Origin: Balanoglossus misakiensis
Taxonomy: Eukaryota; Animalia; Hemichordata
DNA: 64,000 bases
Reading direction: 5' to 3'
Assembly (NCBI GenBank): GCA_040954595.2
Contig: CM082583.2
Location: 4,101,060 to 4,165,059, forward strand
Part shown: positions 25,501-38,800 of the stretch, in pieces
Position numbering within the stretch: the first letter of the stretch is position 1
How the letters are laid out: each line of letters opens with the position of its first letter
Program-made: the position numbers and the translations under genes
Notes under the pieces: model-generated
Told to the model about the DNA's origin: nothing
The model's database searches: none
What the model saw: only the letters and a program-made list of their open reading frames with translations

Positions 25501-28500
25501 TCTCCGTATGCAAAATTCAGACCTGCATGCAAAATAAGCAAAAACATATGTAAATATTAAGTAAAATATGCAAATGTGACTCCAGGTATTTAAATGTCCT
25601 TTTTTCCAGACCTAAACATGACATGCTATGATTTCAACCAACAGATGTGTTGTTGATATTTCAAGTGCTTGCAGAGTATGGCCATCTTGCAATTGAACAA
25701 AGTCCAGCAGATGGAGACAATACTGGAAATCCCGAAGAACACCAGGAAGAAATGCTACTTGATCATTATTGTAACAAATATGCTGACCAGCACACATCGC
25801 CGCTAGTTTTCGGAGAACATAATGTAGGCAACGAATGCTATGAAATGTCAACTCAGAGTGGCTGTCTGGAGAGACACATGAGGACCCGTTCAATAGAAAG
25901 ACCATATTCATGCAGTGAATGTGGGAAAACGTTTACGCAGGGTAGCAGTCTGAAGACACACATTAGGATACATTCAAATGAAAGACTGTATACGTGCAGT
26001 GTATGCGGGAAAACTTTGGCAAGAAGCGGCAGTCTGACGCGACACATGAGGATCCATTCAAACGAAAGGCCTTACCTATGCAGTGAATGTGGGAAAACAT
26101 TTCGACTCAGTAACACTCTGGACAGACACATGAGGAGTCATTCAAATGAAAGACCATATTTATGCAGTGAATGCGGGAGAAGGTTTAAACTGGATAGCGG
26201 TCTGAAGAGACACATGAGGACACATTCAAATGAAAGACCATATTTATGCAATGAATGCGGGAAAACTTTTATAGACCGAGACAGTCTGAAGAAACACATG
26301 ATGGAGCTCCATTCAACTGAAACACATTCATGCAGTGAATGTGGGAAAACTTTTAAATCGTGTCGGTACCTGAAGAGACACATGAGGATCCATTCAAATT
26401 AAAGGCCATATCCATGCATGCAGTGAGTGTGGGAAAACATTTAGAGTCAGTGGCACTCTGAAAAAGCACACAAGGATCCGGCCCATTTAAATGAAAAGCC
26501 AATTTTTTTTATATTTATTCACGAACCAACAAGTTACCCCAATAACAGGTTTGTTTGAAATAAAATGACTGCATTCATGCAGTCAATGTGGGGACACATT
26601 TAGAGTCAGTGGCTCTCTGAAGAAACACAAGAATATACATTCAAATAAAAGACATTTGCATGCACTTTGTACTGAGCAGAAGCCAGCCAGAAATTTTCTT
26701 ATGCCCTCTGCTTGTCTGCATTTGTACAAAATGTAGCTTTGCCTGAGACCATCTACATATTTGTGGCATAAATGATTCTTATACGTTTTTCTTGCGCACA
26801 CACCAACCCACTACGCAGGCCCATCGTAAATCAGAGACGTGCTAGTTTTAAAAGAAATTACACTATAGGCAACAATGATAAACATAGACTTTTGAGAGCC
26901 TCTATTTAGGCATTCTCTGAAATATAATTCCTGGATTCAGGCGCGTTTCGCGTACAAAGTTGCCCCTCGTACGCGAAGAATTGTAGCATATACAATGTAC
27001 TAGTATTCATACTACATGTATATGAAAAAGCATTCTGATATTAATGCAGAAGACTTCGCAGATATTAAGATGTTAATTAAGATGAGTATAGGCTATAAAT
27101 GAATTCGAATTCTTAGTTACTGAGGGTAGTGGCTCTGGTGATCGGATTGTTCGTGTTCCAGTTTTATGACGTATGTCGGTGTGAACACTGGTTGTTAATC
27201 GAAAGTATTGGCCTGATAACAATTATGCTAATCTAACGTTCTTGTTGTTTCAAACGTTTCCATGGTTCGACGTTCTGACACTATCACAGTGACTCGTTCC
27301 ATACCTGAGAGCTCGTGGCTAAACTCTGCGTTGATGTAATTCCCAATGGACCCGTGATGTTTGCGGAGTCTTCGTCCGAACACAAAAGCAGCCGACAGAA
27401 TTGCGAAGGTGCCGATGACAACAAACACCCCGACCAGAAAGTGGGCTTTCGACGGGTCTCTTGATTGCCAGGGTACATCGGTGGGGTTCTTTGAAGAGTC
27501 TGTTTATACGAAAGACAAAAATGTTACCTATAAGCAACGATGTACTGCCGTCCATCAATAAATGGAAGAAATCGCACAAGGCATTTGTCAAATAGATCGT
27601 ATTATTCTTGATAATTTGTCAGTTGCTCATAGTATGCCGTTCGCTTTTCAGATTCAAAATATTTCTGACATGAAATTGTTCATTATCTTCAACGACACGA
27701 TGTATCCATATAATGAGATCGATTCCTTACCTGGTGTTTTGCCTGTTGATGTTGGTATCAGAGGTTCAAGCGTCAGCTCCAACCGTGCAAACGGTCCCAT
27801 CTCACTCTGGTTCACACTATTTTGGACAATAGGAACAACCTATAATAGATTCATGAATGAAAGAAACAAATCAGGCATAGAAATATTGTAAAACTGAATG
27901 AATATTTGTTTTCAACATGGTTATTTTATGATTGATTGATTGATTGACTTTTTCAGTTATAATTTTGAAACTATAAGAAGATTCATTTTAAACATGGTCC
28001 CTTCCTTTTACTGGTAACAAATGAAGTGCGTGCGCAAAGCATCATCCAGGAATGATATTTAACTTACAAGAATTTCATATTTGTCGTATAACACCAAATC
28101 GCCCAGGCTTGTTTGAATTCGGCGGGTCGAAGCCTCTTCGCCAACTGAGAATTCCTGTCACACAAGGGAAAAGTAACCATAAAAATCACAAGTGCATTAT
28201 GCTACGAAAACGCGATTTAATTTTTTCCAAATCTCACTCTTTCCCGGTCACAATCAAAGTCTTACTCTAATATTTTGTCAAAGGCAACTTTTGATTATTT
28301 TCTGTTCGAATTGACAATATTATCATCGTGCACAATGTTGATAGAGAAAGCTACATTATACTATATATGAAATTTAAGATGGCCGCCAATGTCTGTATTA
28401 AGTCAACGACGAAAAAATAAATTAGTAATTCTATGAAAACAAACCGCACTCTGTTTTTTCTTTTCAAAACGACCCCAAACACTTTAATATGTGAAACAAT

Positions 28501-31500
28501 TAATCGGTTTGGATGACTCTCCTTTTCTTCTGAGAGGTGCATGTTACCATAAAGATTTCCAATTTTGGAGGCCAATAGCGCCAGATTGTACTACCGACGG
28601 CGGTGTTATAATGCCTATACACAACACTGAATTTACCGGTTTTTCCACGTTGAAGTAAGCGGTTGAATTGTCGACAAGGTTGTTAAATACGACGTAGTAT
28701 TCCTCGACGGTGCCATCGTGTTGCGGAGGACAGAGCCAGGAAATAGTCGCCAGGGCGGACACGTTGCTGCTGATGACACTGTCGACAGTGAGGTCACTTG
28801 GAGGCTCGGTGACAGGGTTGCCTGTAACGGTGTCAGAATTTTATGACCTTGCGAATATGGTGTTTTTTTTGTCTGGACTAAATTGAAATATCACAAATGA
28901 TATCGATGGTTATTCCTATATATAGACTGTGCTATGGTGTTTTTGTCTGGACTAAATTGAAATACATGTATCACAAATGATATTGATGGTTATTCCTATA
29001 TATAGACTGTGCTGACAAGTTGAACCCTGCTCATATCAGCGCGTGTTGTGGGGAGTAGAAATATTAAAGAGTAGACAAGTTAAAGATTCTGTCCCTTTAA
29101 GGACATGCATGCTTAATTGGCCAGGCAAAGTATGCAAATTGACCGTGGACGCAATCACTGAAAGATGGCGATAAAGCGCATATATGCATAAATATGGTTA
29201 GACCATGATCTCCAGTGTGACCGAATATGGTTGCAGTGTTTGATGTTATTGACAATGACGCAACGTGTTAAATTAACAAATGATGGTTGCCAACAGTTTA
29301 ACACTATACAATATACATGTACTTACAGGGTTGACTGCAGTGCTCATTTCCATAAATTGTATCGTCACAACCTGAATTGAGATAACACAGAGAGAAGAAA
29401 ATCACAGTTCGAGTTCTCATCAAAATTATGAGAAAAACAAGAACATGTCGTTCGCATCTTTACCGTTGCAATCATTCACAATTGTGCTTACAGCCCGGGG
29501 TGGCACGCTCAGGGAACATATTGTTACTCTGCCTGACAAATTTTGGAGAAGGCAATGGTTTCGTTTATCATCATAGAGTCAGAGAAATGCTTGTTTGCAT
29601 CATCTATAACTGGACTTATAAAGTCATAACAACAGTACAACTTGCCTACCGGGTGATATTTTTTCTTCGCAAAATTGCCAGCTGTTTTCTTCAAACTTTA
29701 ACCCGATCTACAAATAATAATACAGCTGAAGTTAACATAAGTAACAATATGTTAAATAGAATCTATCACACCCCGAGGGGGGCAAGGACCGTCGATAAGA
29801 TTTCTCAATCGAGTTTTGGATATTTTTTCTCACGCTTCTGGCCGCTGATGGGAGTGTAGGATCACTGTGGGATAAATCGATAACACTGCAGCTTCAGTAC
29901 AGCAATTCAACCCATATACAGTACTTGGAAATATATGACCCAGTAACAAATACTCACTCGAAAATAATATTTGGTGTCGAACTGTACGTCTTGAAATAAG
30001 GCAAACCCTGCCCTCTGCAAAGAAAATTGAAAAAAATCGCATAATTATCGGGGAATGCTGACCGCAAATACACAGAAAACGTTAGTATATTCGACGTGCT
30101 TTGTGTGATTTCGCCATAGTCACGCTGACGTCAGTGACCTTTCCGAAACACTTCAACAGGCGACTGGGTTGAACAGCAATGGAACGAAAACAAGCAACAA
30201 CATTTTCTTAGTCTTCACCCTATTCTATTACAAAAATTAATGCACGTGCACAGTTTTCTTATACAATGTAGTTGGCAAATCGTGTAGGCCTACATGTATA
30301 AGCTTACAGATTATTGTTATTGTTGATAAATGCATACAAGTCCGGACTTGAATAAAAAAAAACAATTTCAATGCTGATTATACAGACACGGGTTATGCTG
30401 GGGAGACTAATGCTACAGACATTTCATCCCTCGATAGGGAACTGAGCGAGAAACCATGGATGATACACAGAACAGATATTGCAGCTTCTCTAACTAACAT
30501 TCTGCTGCCCTCTGGCAAAGACACTGGATTCACTGTTAGCTTAATTGACAAAAAAAGCACCAGGTACTTCCAAGATTTCAATAATCTACACATAATATAT
30601 ATCCAACTCACTGTCACAATATCTGAAGGTAACATTGTAGACGGACTGGGTTCCATGTCACATGAGAGCCATCTGGAAAGCGAATAGAATCCTGCTTCGT
30701 TTTGCCCGCAAAGAGACGAGGCAACCAGTCTGACAATAACCGCTACATCTATATGACAAACAAAGAATACATGGAAGTCTTAATGCAACTAATCATATTA
30801 TGACTCAAGGAGAATTTATTCGCTGTAATATGTACAGTTTTGAGTGCAAAGAAAAAATATATACTGATGTGCATTACGTGTTTTTTTCTCTGTTGGTCAT
30901 ACGGACCACAGAGTGCGCAACACTCACCATCTTCCAATGCGACATTCAGTCTCCAAGTGACATTTGCATTCATCCACTGTCGGTCAGGAGATGGAACCCA
31001 GTGAATTTGGATGGATTCAGAATCGAAATGTGGAACTCTGTCTATTTGTAGAAAAATATACAAAACAACGGAAATCAGGAGCATGAGTGTGAAGTTCAAA
31101 CAGAATGGTATGCCGATGCAAACACTGTTAAACATATCGTCATCTTCGGCAAAACGTGCGAGTTGTTTTAACGGAGGAAGTATACCGAGGCTGAAATTTG
31201 CGGGAGAAAAATCGAATGTCACGAAGCATAGTCGACATAACGGCAATGATAATTTGATGTTTACGACGCAGATGTTTGAATGGCGTACCCCGTTTTCATT
31301 TATGAACTTTGTTAGGAAAATCATCTCATGATTTCAAGTACTGTTTACAAAACCAAGTGGAGGAACAACAACGCAAGCAATGTATGTATAGTGATACGAG
31401 CACAGATATATTACTGACCAAGAAATAACCACGCAGACATGAGTGTGAACTTTTGAAGCAAATTGGCCCCCTGGTCGCCATTTTAAACTGCTGGCGTCGG

Positions 31501-32336
31501 TTTAGCCTACTCCGCGGTTTTATCGTGCCAGACGGATTACCTAACACGCGAGAATGTTTTCTTCAAATTACTACTTGCACCCTTTTGACAACAGTTGCGA
31601 CAATATAGCTGTCGTGAATGACCACCAGTTCCCGAGATATCAATTTTACCAAAATTTGCCTGGGCTTCAATTCAAAATATTTATGCATCGTCTGTGATCG
31701 TGGGCACGGCACAATAGAAACAAAACATCACTCGTTACAGTTCCGTTAACATGGGGGAAATGACATTTAAAGCGAATATCACGGCGCTTAGTGTAACACA
31801 GTACCGGAGGTACATCACGTACAAAAGGAACAAGCGATGCGGGTCTCGGCATATGATAACAAATCCTATCTATTCTAATCGTACCAGTCAGGAATTGCAA
31901 CGTTCGGCACAAGTGTCCGGCTGGCTTTTGCGCGTGTAATATAATTGACCTTTATAAAATACGTCATCATGCAGACACAGTTATTAGGTATTTAGATTTT
32001 AAAAAGTCATTAGAAAATAATTGTGGTGTATTAATTGAAATAAACAATAAAACCGTCGTTCCGTCTAAAGTGAATTTTACGTTCAATATTCACGTAATTC
32101 GTATAATTATTGTAATCTTTGTATTATAAGCAATTGGGGTTTGGGTGTGGCAAGATTTGAGTCCGCACATTACAAAAAATGAATAAATAAACACAAGATA
32201 ACATAATATGCAACTTACAAATTTCATAGGAATAACTGTCCCACGGATCTTCATCCGCGCTTGCAGCTGGATAAGCTAATGTGATCGAGTTGATTACCAT
32301 GGTCACAGCAACCCCAGAAAAGAATAAACTTTTCAT
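19581..32336 (-). CDS. Receptor tyrosine kinase (signal peptide, 2 FN3-like domains, TM, TK domain; ~788 aa), RET/FGFR/Cad96Ca/torso-like kinase. 18 exons: 32336-32219, 31041-30928, 30748-30612, 30014-29958, 29707-29650, 29532-29464, 29371-29327, 28821-28637, 28154-28068, 27839-27731, 27499-27305, 23370-23188, 22489-22308, 21799-21716, 21502-21288, 20908-20771, 20439-20223, 19754-19581
   Basis: All introns are GT-AG and phase-consistent (2367 nt total). Kinase motifs: LGRGNFGIVY, VAVKML, HPNILG, QIARGM, HGDLAARN, DFG, SDVWSFG, CWLENPDDRPTF. TM segment FLVGVFVVIGTFAILSAAFVF followed by GRRLRK. The small ectodomain exons are less certain than the kinase exons. Confidence 0.88.
20483..20634. mobile_element. 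MITE with TAG...CTA termini and a perfect 9-bp TSD
   Basis: GTTCAGCCT|TAGACTCTCTC ... GAGAGAGTCTA|GTTCAGCCT; an internal inverted repeat CGGTTCGCTACA/TGTAGCGAACCG. Confidence 0.88.
20957..21167. mobile_element. Palindromic MITE with ~54-bp near-perfect TIRs in an RTK intron
   Basis: TATGGAAAGCCATGACTGTCTTATAATGTGTGAAAACTTTATGTAACCCAAATT and its reverse complement ending at 21167. Confidence 0.85.
24967..26402 (+). CDS. C2H2 zinc-finger gene nested antisense in RTK intron 11 (6 intact fingers); may be a pseudogene
   Basis: Repeats of CSECGKTF....L..HMR.HSNERPY. A candidate upstream exon at 24967-25083 is phase-compatible with an acceptor at 25675. No start codon identified. Confidence 0.75.
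26403..26665 (+). pseudogene. Two decayed zinc-finger units after the stop codon
   Basis: TAA replaces the linker Glu codon. It is followed by an ATGC 4-bp duplication frameshift, CSECGKTFRVSGTLKKH, an insertion, and CSQCGDTFRVSGSLKKHKNIH. Confidence 0.8.
28857..29013. repeat. Two-copy ~78-bp tandem repeat in an RTK intron
   Basis: ATGGTGTTTTT..GTCTGGACTAAATTGAAATA..TCCTATATATAGACTGTGCT occurs twice. Confidence 0.9.
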
Positions 32337-32749
32337 AACTGGTTTTCTCTGTACTCCAAGATCACTGACAACGATTACGTATGTCTCGTCGACTCCGTTT
32401 TACCTAGTTATACAAGAAAGAAGTTAAAAGACTATTATTATATTTTCACAATGTGTTCAGAGATGCAACGCCGTGATGTGGTTCACTTTGTTGTATCTGT
32501 AAGATACTGGCAAAGACGGCATTCTTAAAGCTCCGTTAGCTGCAACTATATCGGCCATACTTTCAGTAATAGAGTCTACCTCCCAGACTGTTGCCGTAAA
32601 GAGGTCGTGGTTTGCGACGATGTGTTCGCCTGATGCAGTCCGGTTCGAGTGCTTGAAACATGCCAAATATACAGCTTAACACCACAGCCTATGTGACTGT
32701 GTATAACCAGCACTGGTACTGTTGAAAATTGAACTCAAATCCGGACTGC

Positions 32750-32942
32750 CAGTAAAACGGGTTATTTTCGCGAGCAATGAATTTTCGCGAAATACGCGAG
32801 AGCCAAAAACCGTGAAAATTAAAAGTCGCGTAAAATGTTTTTCGGAGATAACGATGCCGTTAGTGAAATACGAGAACGCGAAAATTAAACCTCGGGAACT
32901 TGTTTTGATGATAGCTCGGTCACGGCAATATGCTGTCTGTAC
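32750..32942. mobile_element. Degenerate MITE-like element rich in TTTTCGCG/CGCGAAAA motifs
   Basis: CAGTAAAACGGGTTATTTTCGCG..AATTTTCGCG..CGCGAAAATTAAACC pattern, typical of marine-invertebrate MITEs. The termini are eroded. Confidence 0.45.
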
Positions 32943-34061
32943 GTTGGATTTTGGCAGGTGCAATACCAACAATATTGTTTCTACAAAGACGTATCCTTCA
33001 TAATTAATAATGTAGATGATTGATCATTAACCGTGGGCGTCTAATATGCATTTTCCGGGATAATGAATTTCTAAACAAAAAGTTACTGCAAAAGTATCAA
33101 ACCATTTGCCATACATCTGTATCCAAGACGAGAGTAATACCCTCAGAGGTAAACTATGACCCATACCGATACTATTGAACAAGCGTGTACACGGTGACAG
33201 CACACGTAAACGATAAGGCAAACCACTGCCACGTGCGCAAATTCCGACTGCAAATGATCGGCCACACGACACAAGGCTTCCGGGGAAGAACCATTATTCG
33301 CTGAACAGATCAAGACACATTCACAAAAGGCCCCGCACACGTTCATATCCCACCCTCTCATCACATTTCATCGAAATTTGCATTATTGCCTAAAGGGAGA
33401 AATGTATGCCACGGGTACGGGACCATTGAGAGAAAGCATCCTTTCAAACAAAGAATGTTTCAAACTGAAGTGAGTAAACAGTAATACACTCTCCCTGACA
33501 ATATATTTCCATCCCAATAGTTCTTGTTTTGCCACGGTATGCGCCCAAGAGGATAAACCAATTTACCTGCCTTTGTAGTGCTTTCCATGGGAGTAGCGTA
33601 TTACCATGGTCGAATTGTGACACAAACCGTTCAATATCGCTATCGTAGTCAGTATTAGATATACGAGAGAATTGACGAGGTCCATGCTGACCAGTGGCAA
33701 ACACGAAAATGGCTGACAGGCCATCCACGAGACTAGAACATAATACATGTAGTAAATGCCTTCATGCTGGCCAATAGCAAATACAATAAAGCAGAGCGAG
33801 CCATGTACTTGACCAATCAGATTAATAGTTTCCTTCTACACAGGTGGTATATGTCTCCTGTATTGAATTCATGCAGATTTGCATTGACCAGAACCCTTCT
33901 CCTTCTTGTCTGCGATACTAGGTCGATCTCCCAAACGTCTATACCAGGTGCTTAAATGACCGCTGTTGGCTATGGGTCACCCCCATTCCATTGTGTGTGT
34001 TCAAATCAAAGTCGGCTCATTTATTGACAGTAAATTGCTATGTTGCTATCGCAACTCGTAG

Positions 34062-34170
34062 GTGTGCTGATACAGTTCTAAACACCGCACTCATGGTCAT
34101 GAACTTATGGCCAGGTGCTGTTTACAAGTTCCTGACCACAAGTGCGGTGTGTTGAACTGTAACAGCACAC
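34062..34170. repeat. Hairpin: ~45-bp imperfect inverted repeat with a ~20-nt loop
   Basis: GTGTGCTGATACAGTTCTAAACACCGCACTCATGGTCATGAACTT / AAGTTCCTGACCACAAGTGCGGTGTGTTGAACTGTAACAGCACAC. Confidence 0.8.
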
Positions 34171-35239
34171 ATACTCGACTCGTGCGGTTAACTGTATATA
34201 CCATCATAGGACAAAAAGCCTTTCACATATTATAAGTGTGTGTGTGGGGGGGGGGGGGGGGTCAGATGTCTATTTGTGGCCAATCACTGAGGTCAAAAAG
34301 TCCCCCCACTAAAAACAAATGATATGTAAAAGGACGAATGGATATACCAGCCGTGGTCGACTCACAACTTGGGCCAATGGTGTACAATTTTAGCAAAAGC
34401 TCCATGGTCAAAAGTCTGAATGACGAGAAAGAGGGAGATAGAATCCACGAGTATACATTTGTACTCCTGCAATAGCCGTACCTCGTTGGGGACCAAAAGA
34501 CGCAGGGGCCTTCACATTACTCCTGCATCAAAGCTACGTAATATCCATATTCGATAAACTACACTATCGGCCAACGGATTCACGGTTTAAGTTGAAGTAA
34601 TGAAAAGTCATGTCATGCAACGGTTCTCGCAGAAAATCTTGGCCCTTAATAGTTTAATATAGATGGTTGTGCAGTCATCGCTGCGTTTCTGCAGTCTTAC
34701 TCATATTGTCATGATTGACCCGGTTATTGGAGCATTTCGTTTGAAAGGTATGTGGTGTGGTGTTGTGTTGTAAAAGTACTGCCACGCGAGCAAGTACTGA
34801 ATGCACACAGCGACGCGTGACACAACGCAGCCATGGGATAATTATTAATTCACAAGACGTATGTTCACACCCCCTTAACCATGTTTCGCTGAATTTGGAC
34901 AACAGCCGCTCGGAAAAAATACTTGCCACGAGTCCGGAACCACTAAGAACAGTCACCCCTTAAACAAATAATGGGTCAGTGTGAACAAAAAGGTCTGGAA
35001 AGGCATATCCGGTTTTGCCATCTGCCAAACAAATTGTTTGGTCTATTAAATGCTCCTGGTATAGTGTGAGTAACTGTGTGTCTGATTTTTATGAGCTCCT
35101 TCAGTATTGATGGTGGTGGTGATGATGATGACGGTGGTGGTGATTGCTGTGAGCGGTGGTAGTGAAGATGACGACGACGACGACGATGTTGTTGTTGTCA
35201 AGTGACACCTGGCCAACGTCGTGATATAACCCCCTGGGG

Positions 35240-35638
35240 TGAAAACGTGTTACCTGACCAGCGCATCACAGCTAACCAAAAACATACTAGTAATCTCTTT
35301 CCCACCAGGTATACACACATACTCTAGAGAAGGAGCTGTAAATGCCTTGCTCAAGGATACAAAAAAAGACCCATAGACATGCCGTCCAAGGATCCTTAAT
35401 GCACGAGTGTAGTTGATCAATAATGTTTGTGTAAAAGCGTAGCCCTATTCGTAAGGATTTTTCCTTTGGTAAAAGGCTTTAAGACCCCTTAACAATATAA
35501 CAAACAAAACAAACACACAGCAATCCCTGAAGATTTTTGTCAAACGTCTTCCAAAATCCGTATGAAATAGTTGTAAAGCGCCTTGATCACGCGACATTGT
35601 GGATATGTGCGCTATATAAGAACTGTCACAATTATTAA
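35240..35638. mobile_element. SINE/L2-like retroposon remnants
   Basis: Minus-strand GTATCCTTGAGCAAGGCA (SINE core-like) near 35343-35360, and a plus-strand L2-type tail TGTAAAGCGCCTTGA...GCGCTATATAAGA..ATTATTA at 35572-35638. Confidence 0.45.
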
Positions 35639-35691
35639 CTCAAAACTACGAGACCCATTGGCTATTTGTCCGTTACGCGTATTACTAACAC

Positions 35692-35836
35692 GTTAGTTAG
35701 TTAGTCTGATTGGTTGGTTGGCTGGTTGGTTGGATGGATGGATGGACGGACGGATGGATGGATGGATGGATGGATGGATGGACGGACGGATGGATGGATG
35801 GATGGATCGATGGATGGATGGATCGATCGATGGATG
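35692..35836. repeat. Compound (TTAG)/(TTGG)/(GGAT)/(GGAC) microsatellite
   Basis: Direct read. Confidence 0.95.
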
Positions 35837-38800
35837 CTCAATTAAAAGGCCAGTAGTGCAAATAGTAGGATGGTAATTGTGAAATGCTTAGACTAGTTTA
35901 AACGGTGAATCCGAACAGCAGGAAGACCCGACAACAGAGAACTGGACTGTTTGAACCGCAGCTGTTTGCATTGCAGTAGATTCAAGACACGGAGTGACCA
36001 ACATTGTACATGTATAGATATTTATTGCTTTACACAGCTGGAAGTGACGACCGTGAAAGTTACTTGTCCCACTTGCACTGAGTGGCGAAGTTCATTTTTC
36101 GCTGGTGTGTTTGACAGAACAGAGAAACGAGCAGCTGAAACTGCCAAATACGTTTCAAATTCTGATTGCGAGGTTCACAATAAAGCAAGTCCTGTAAATA
36201 GAATGTCCTATAAATATCACCACTGAAGCACAATAGTGAACGAATCGTTTTGAGGTCAGATGAAATGATCCGCGGCGGACACAATGGAGCGTCCACGTAA
36301 CAAAAGCATGCCATGACATCTCCAATGCTGATTCGCGCAGTGATACTGGGAGTTTTGAAGTATCGACCCAAGAGGCGAAAGAAAGTCATTCTAACCCGAT
36401 TCAGACTGCTATGTTGCATTACGACAGCTTTTATATTTTTAAGACTACCCCCCTTCCCTCCCCTCCCCTCCCCTCCCCTCCCTCTGTTCCCACCACAGCA
36501 TGCCGTACATCTAAGTGTGATGTGTGAACAAAGAGTCAGAGTGCCGATGAAAATATCTTATTTCTGAAAGTGATCTGTTTAGTTGGAAATTTAATATTGA
36601 GTCCCGTTGAAAATTACTTATTTGGAGCAACTCGGACACTCATCACCACGCGTAAACAAATAAAATGTAAAAGTAATTAAAAGTAGTTAATCGGTTCAAA
36701 TTCCGTAGTTACTCCATCATTCTACCTCCTGGTACTATCAAACGTGGTGTATATTTTAAACTTTTTGATACACCGATAGTATCCTTATTATTTTATGGTG
36801 CTGAGACCCGGGGATTACATGGCGTAAGAATTTTGTAAACACGGACTTTTGAGCGTGAGTCAGAGTTCTGCAAATGGAGCTGTATTAGGTGACTGTGGAA
36901 GATATTCCTGCATGTATATTAAGTATTGGTTACTGCAGTCACAGGAGACAGGATAGTGGTACACGCATACAAATTTACGTTTGAAAGCGATGAAAATGGG
37001 CTTTGGAGAATATTATAAGAATATATTTTGTTCATATGTTTTTTGGCGCTCTCTGGATAACACAAGGAGTATCTGATGCATGTTTACAAACAGAAATGGC
37101 ACAGTGAATCATAATATTGTGCACGAAAGACAAATCCGAACATACCGCGTATAAACGTACCCTTATGGTCTAATGACTTAAGCCTGATAAGCAGCGAAAC
37201 GTGTACTTGCCTCCTGCCAATGATACACGTCAGGGAAACTCCACGCCAGGTAATTTGGATCTTGCAAACTGGACGTCGCCCGCACACCTGCATAAACCCC
37301 GATGCGCTCGCGCCCGCCAACCGCAGAGGAGTGACTGTGAGCTGGTGACGTCAATTCCGACAAGCCGACTGGTGATGAGCAACAAAGCCGTTGATCTCAA
37401 AGTGCTTGAACCAGAACGACTCGGTCGCGAAAATGCCTCCGGGGCTTTACATATACAAACAGTGAGTGTTGTTTTGGACTAGAAGCAGCATTTAATGCAC
37501 TGACGTACGCAGTCGATTTTGTTCGCATGCCCCTCCCACCCCAAAAGCCACGCGGAGTGATCAAACACCGCAAACAGATATTCACTGAACACATCCGTTC
37601 AGTGAAAAAAATACCACAGTATACAAAGGTACTTTTGTGGGGAGGGTCACGACTTTCCATGCAGATGTTTACGAAACGGCGGGAATGTGGACAAAATGGA
37701 CTCTCTGCTAAAATCATGTCATCATGGCAACATTTCCACGTCTTGCTAAAATGAAGACTTGATTATTTAAAATTTTACCAGAACAAAATTACAACCAAAG
37801 AAAACAAATATTCATCATTCTCACTGTCAGATGCGGAGACCCTGATTGCCATCTAACGGGTACGGATGCATTGTATACAACCAAAAGTTGGGAACTTGTA
37901 TAGCCGATTCTATGTCTTGATCGAAACATAAATTGCTTCGATTTGTAAGAAATTTAAACCATGGTGGTATCACGGCATGATTATCAAACATTTTGTAATG
38001 TTATCATACATTTGATACATAAAATAATAGTTCTTGACGTTTTCCATTAAAATGGATCGGATTCTGACGAAAAGTTGTGATTCCGGTGTGAATACCATGT
38101 TATCAGATATGAACCTATTAATTGCACCTATGTATGCAAGTTTTGACGCATGGTGCGTATATGCAGATTGCATCAGGGGCTGAAGCATAACATTACGGGT
38201 CTCGTGGACATCACAGAAAAAAGATCAAATTCCATTTATAGCATATGTTGTATTCTCAGGCCGTTCAGAAATGACGTATACCCGCTGTAGATCGGAAAGT
38301 GGCTTATAGGACTGGTCACGATTCACCTGAATGGCGTAAACTACTTGCTCGGACATTCCCGCCAGTCGCCATGGCAATGAAATGATTGCCGTAAATTTAA
38401 ATGGTTTAATTTTTAATACATATGAGTTTTAGTTTGCAAATGTCATATTGATGCAATTTATCAAACTAATATTGCGTACCGCTGCGGCGTTTCGGTTCAC
38501 TGAGAAAGTACTGGTAACCGAATTTTCATCTCTTTGTGTTTTTATCTACTGCATCCTTTTAATGACGTGAATTTGCCGAAGCAACACAGGCTATACAATT
38601 TTAAATTTAACTGATTTATCAATCAACGGGAACGTGATGAAAATCACACGTTTTTTCCAATAATTTTGATTCCTGATATGACGCACTGGTTCGCTGTTCA
38701 TCAAACCGTCAGAATGATTAATACAGCCAAATAGGTCAAAGTTTCGGCGGATGCGTTTTATACATTATTTATTTCAGGCAAATCAATCATCATCATCTCA

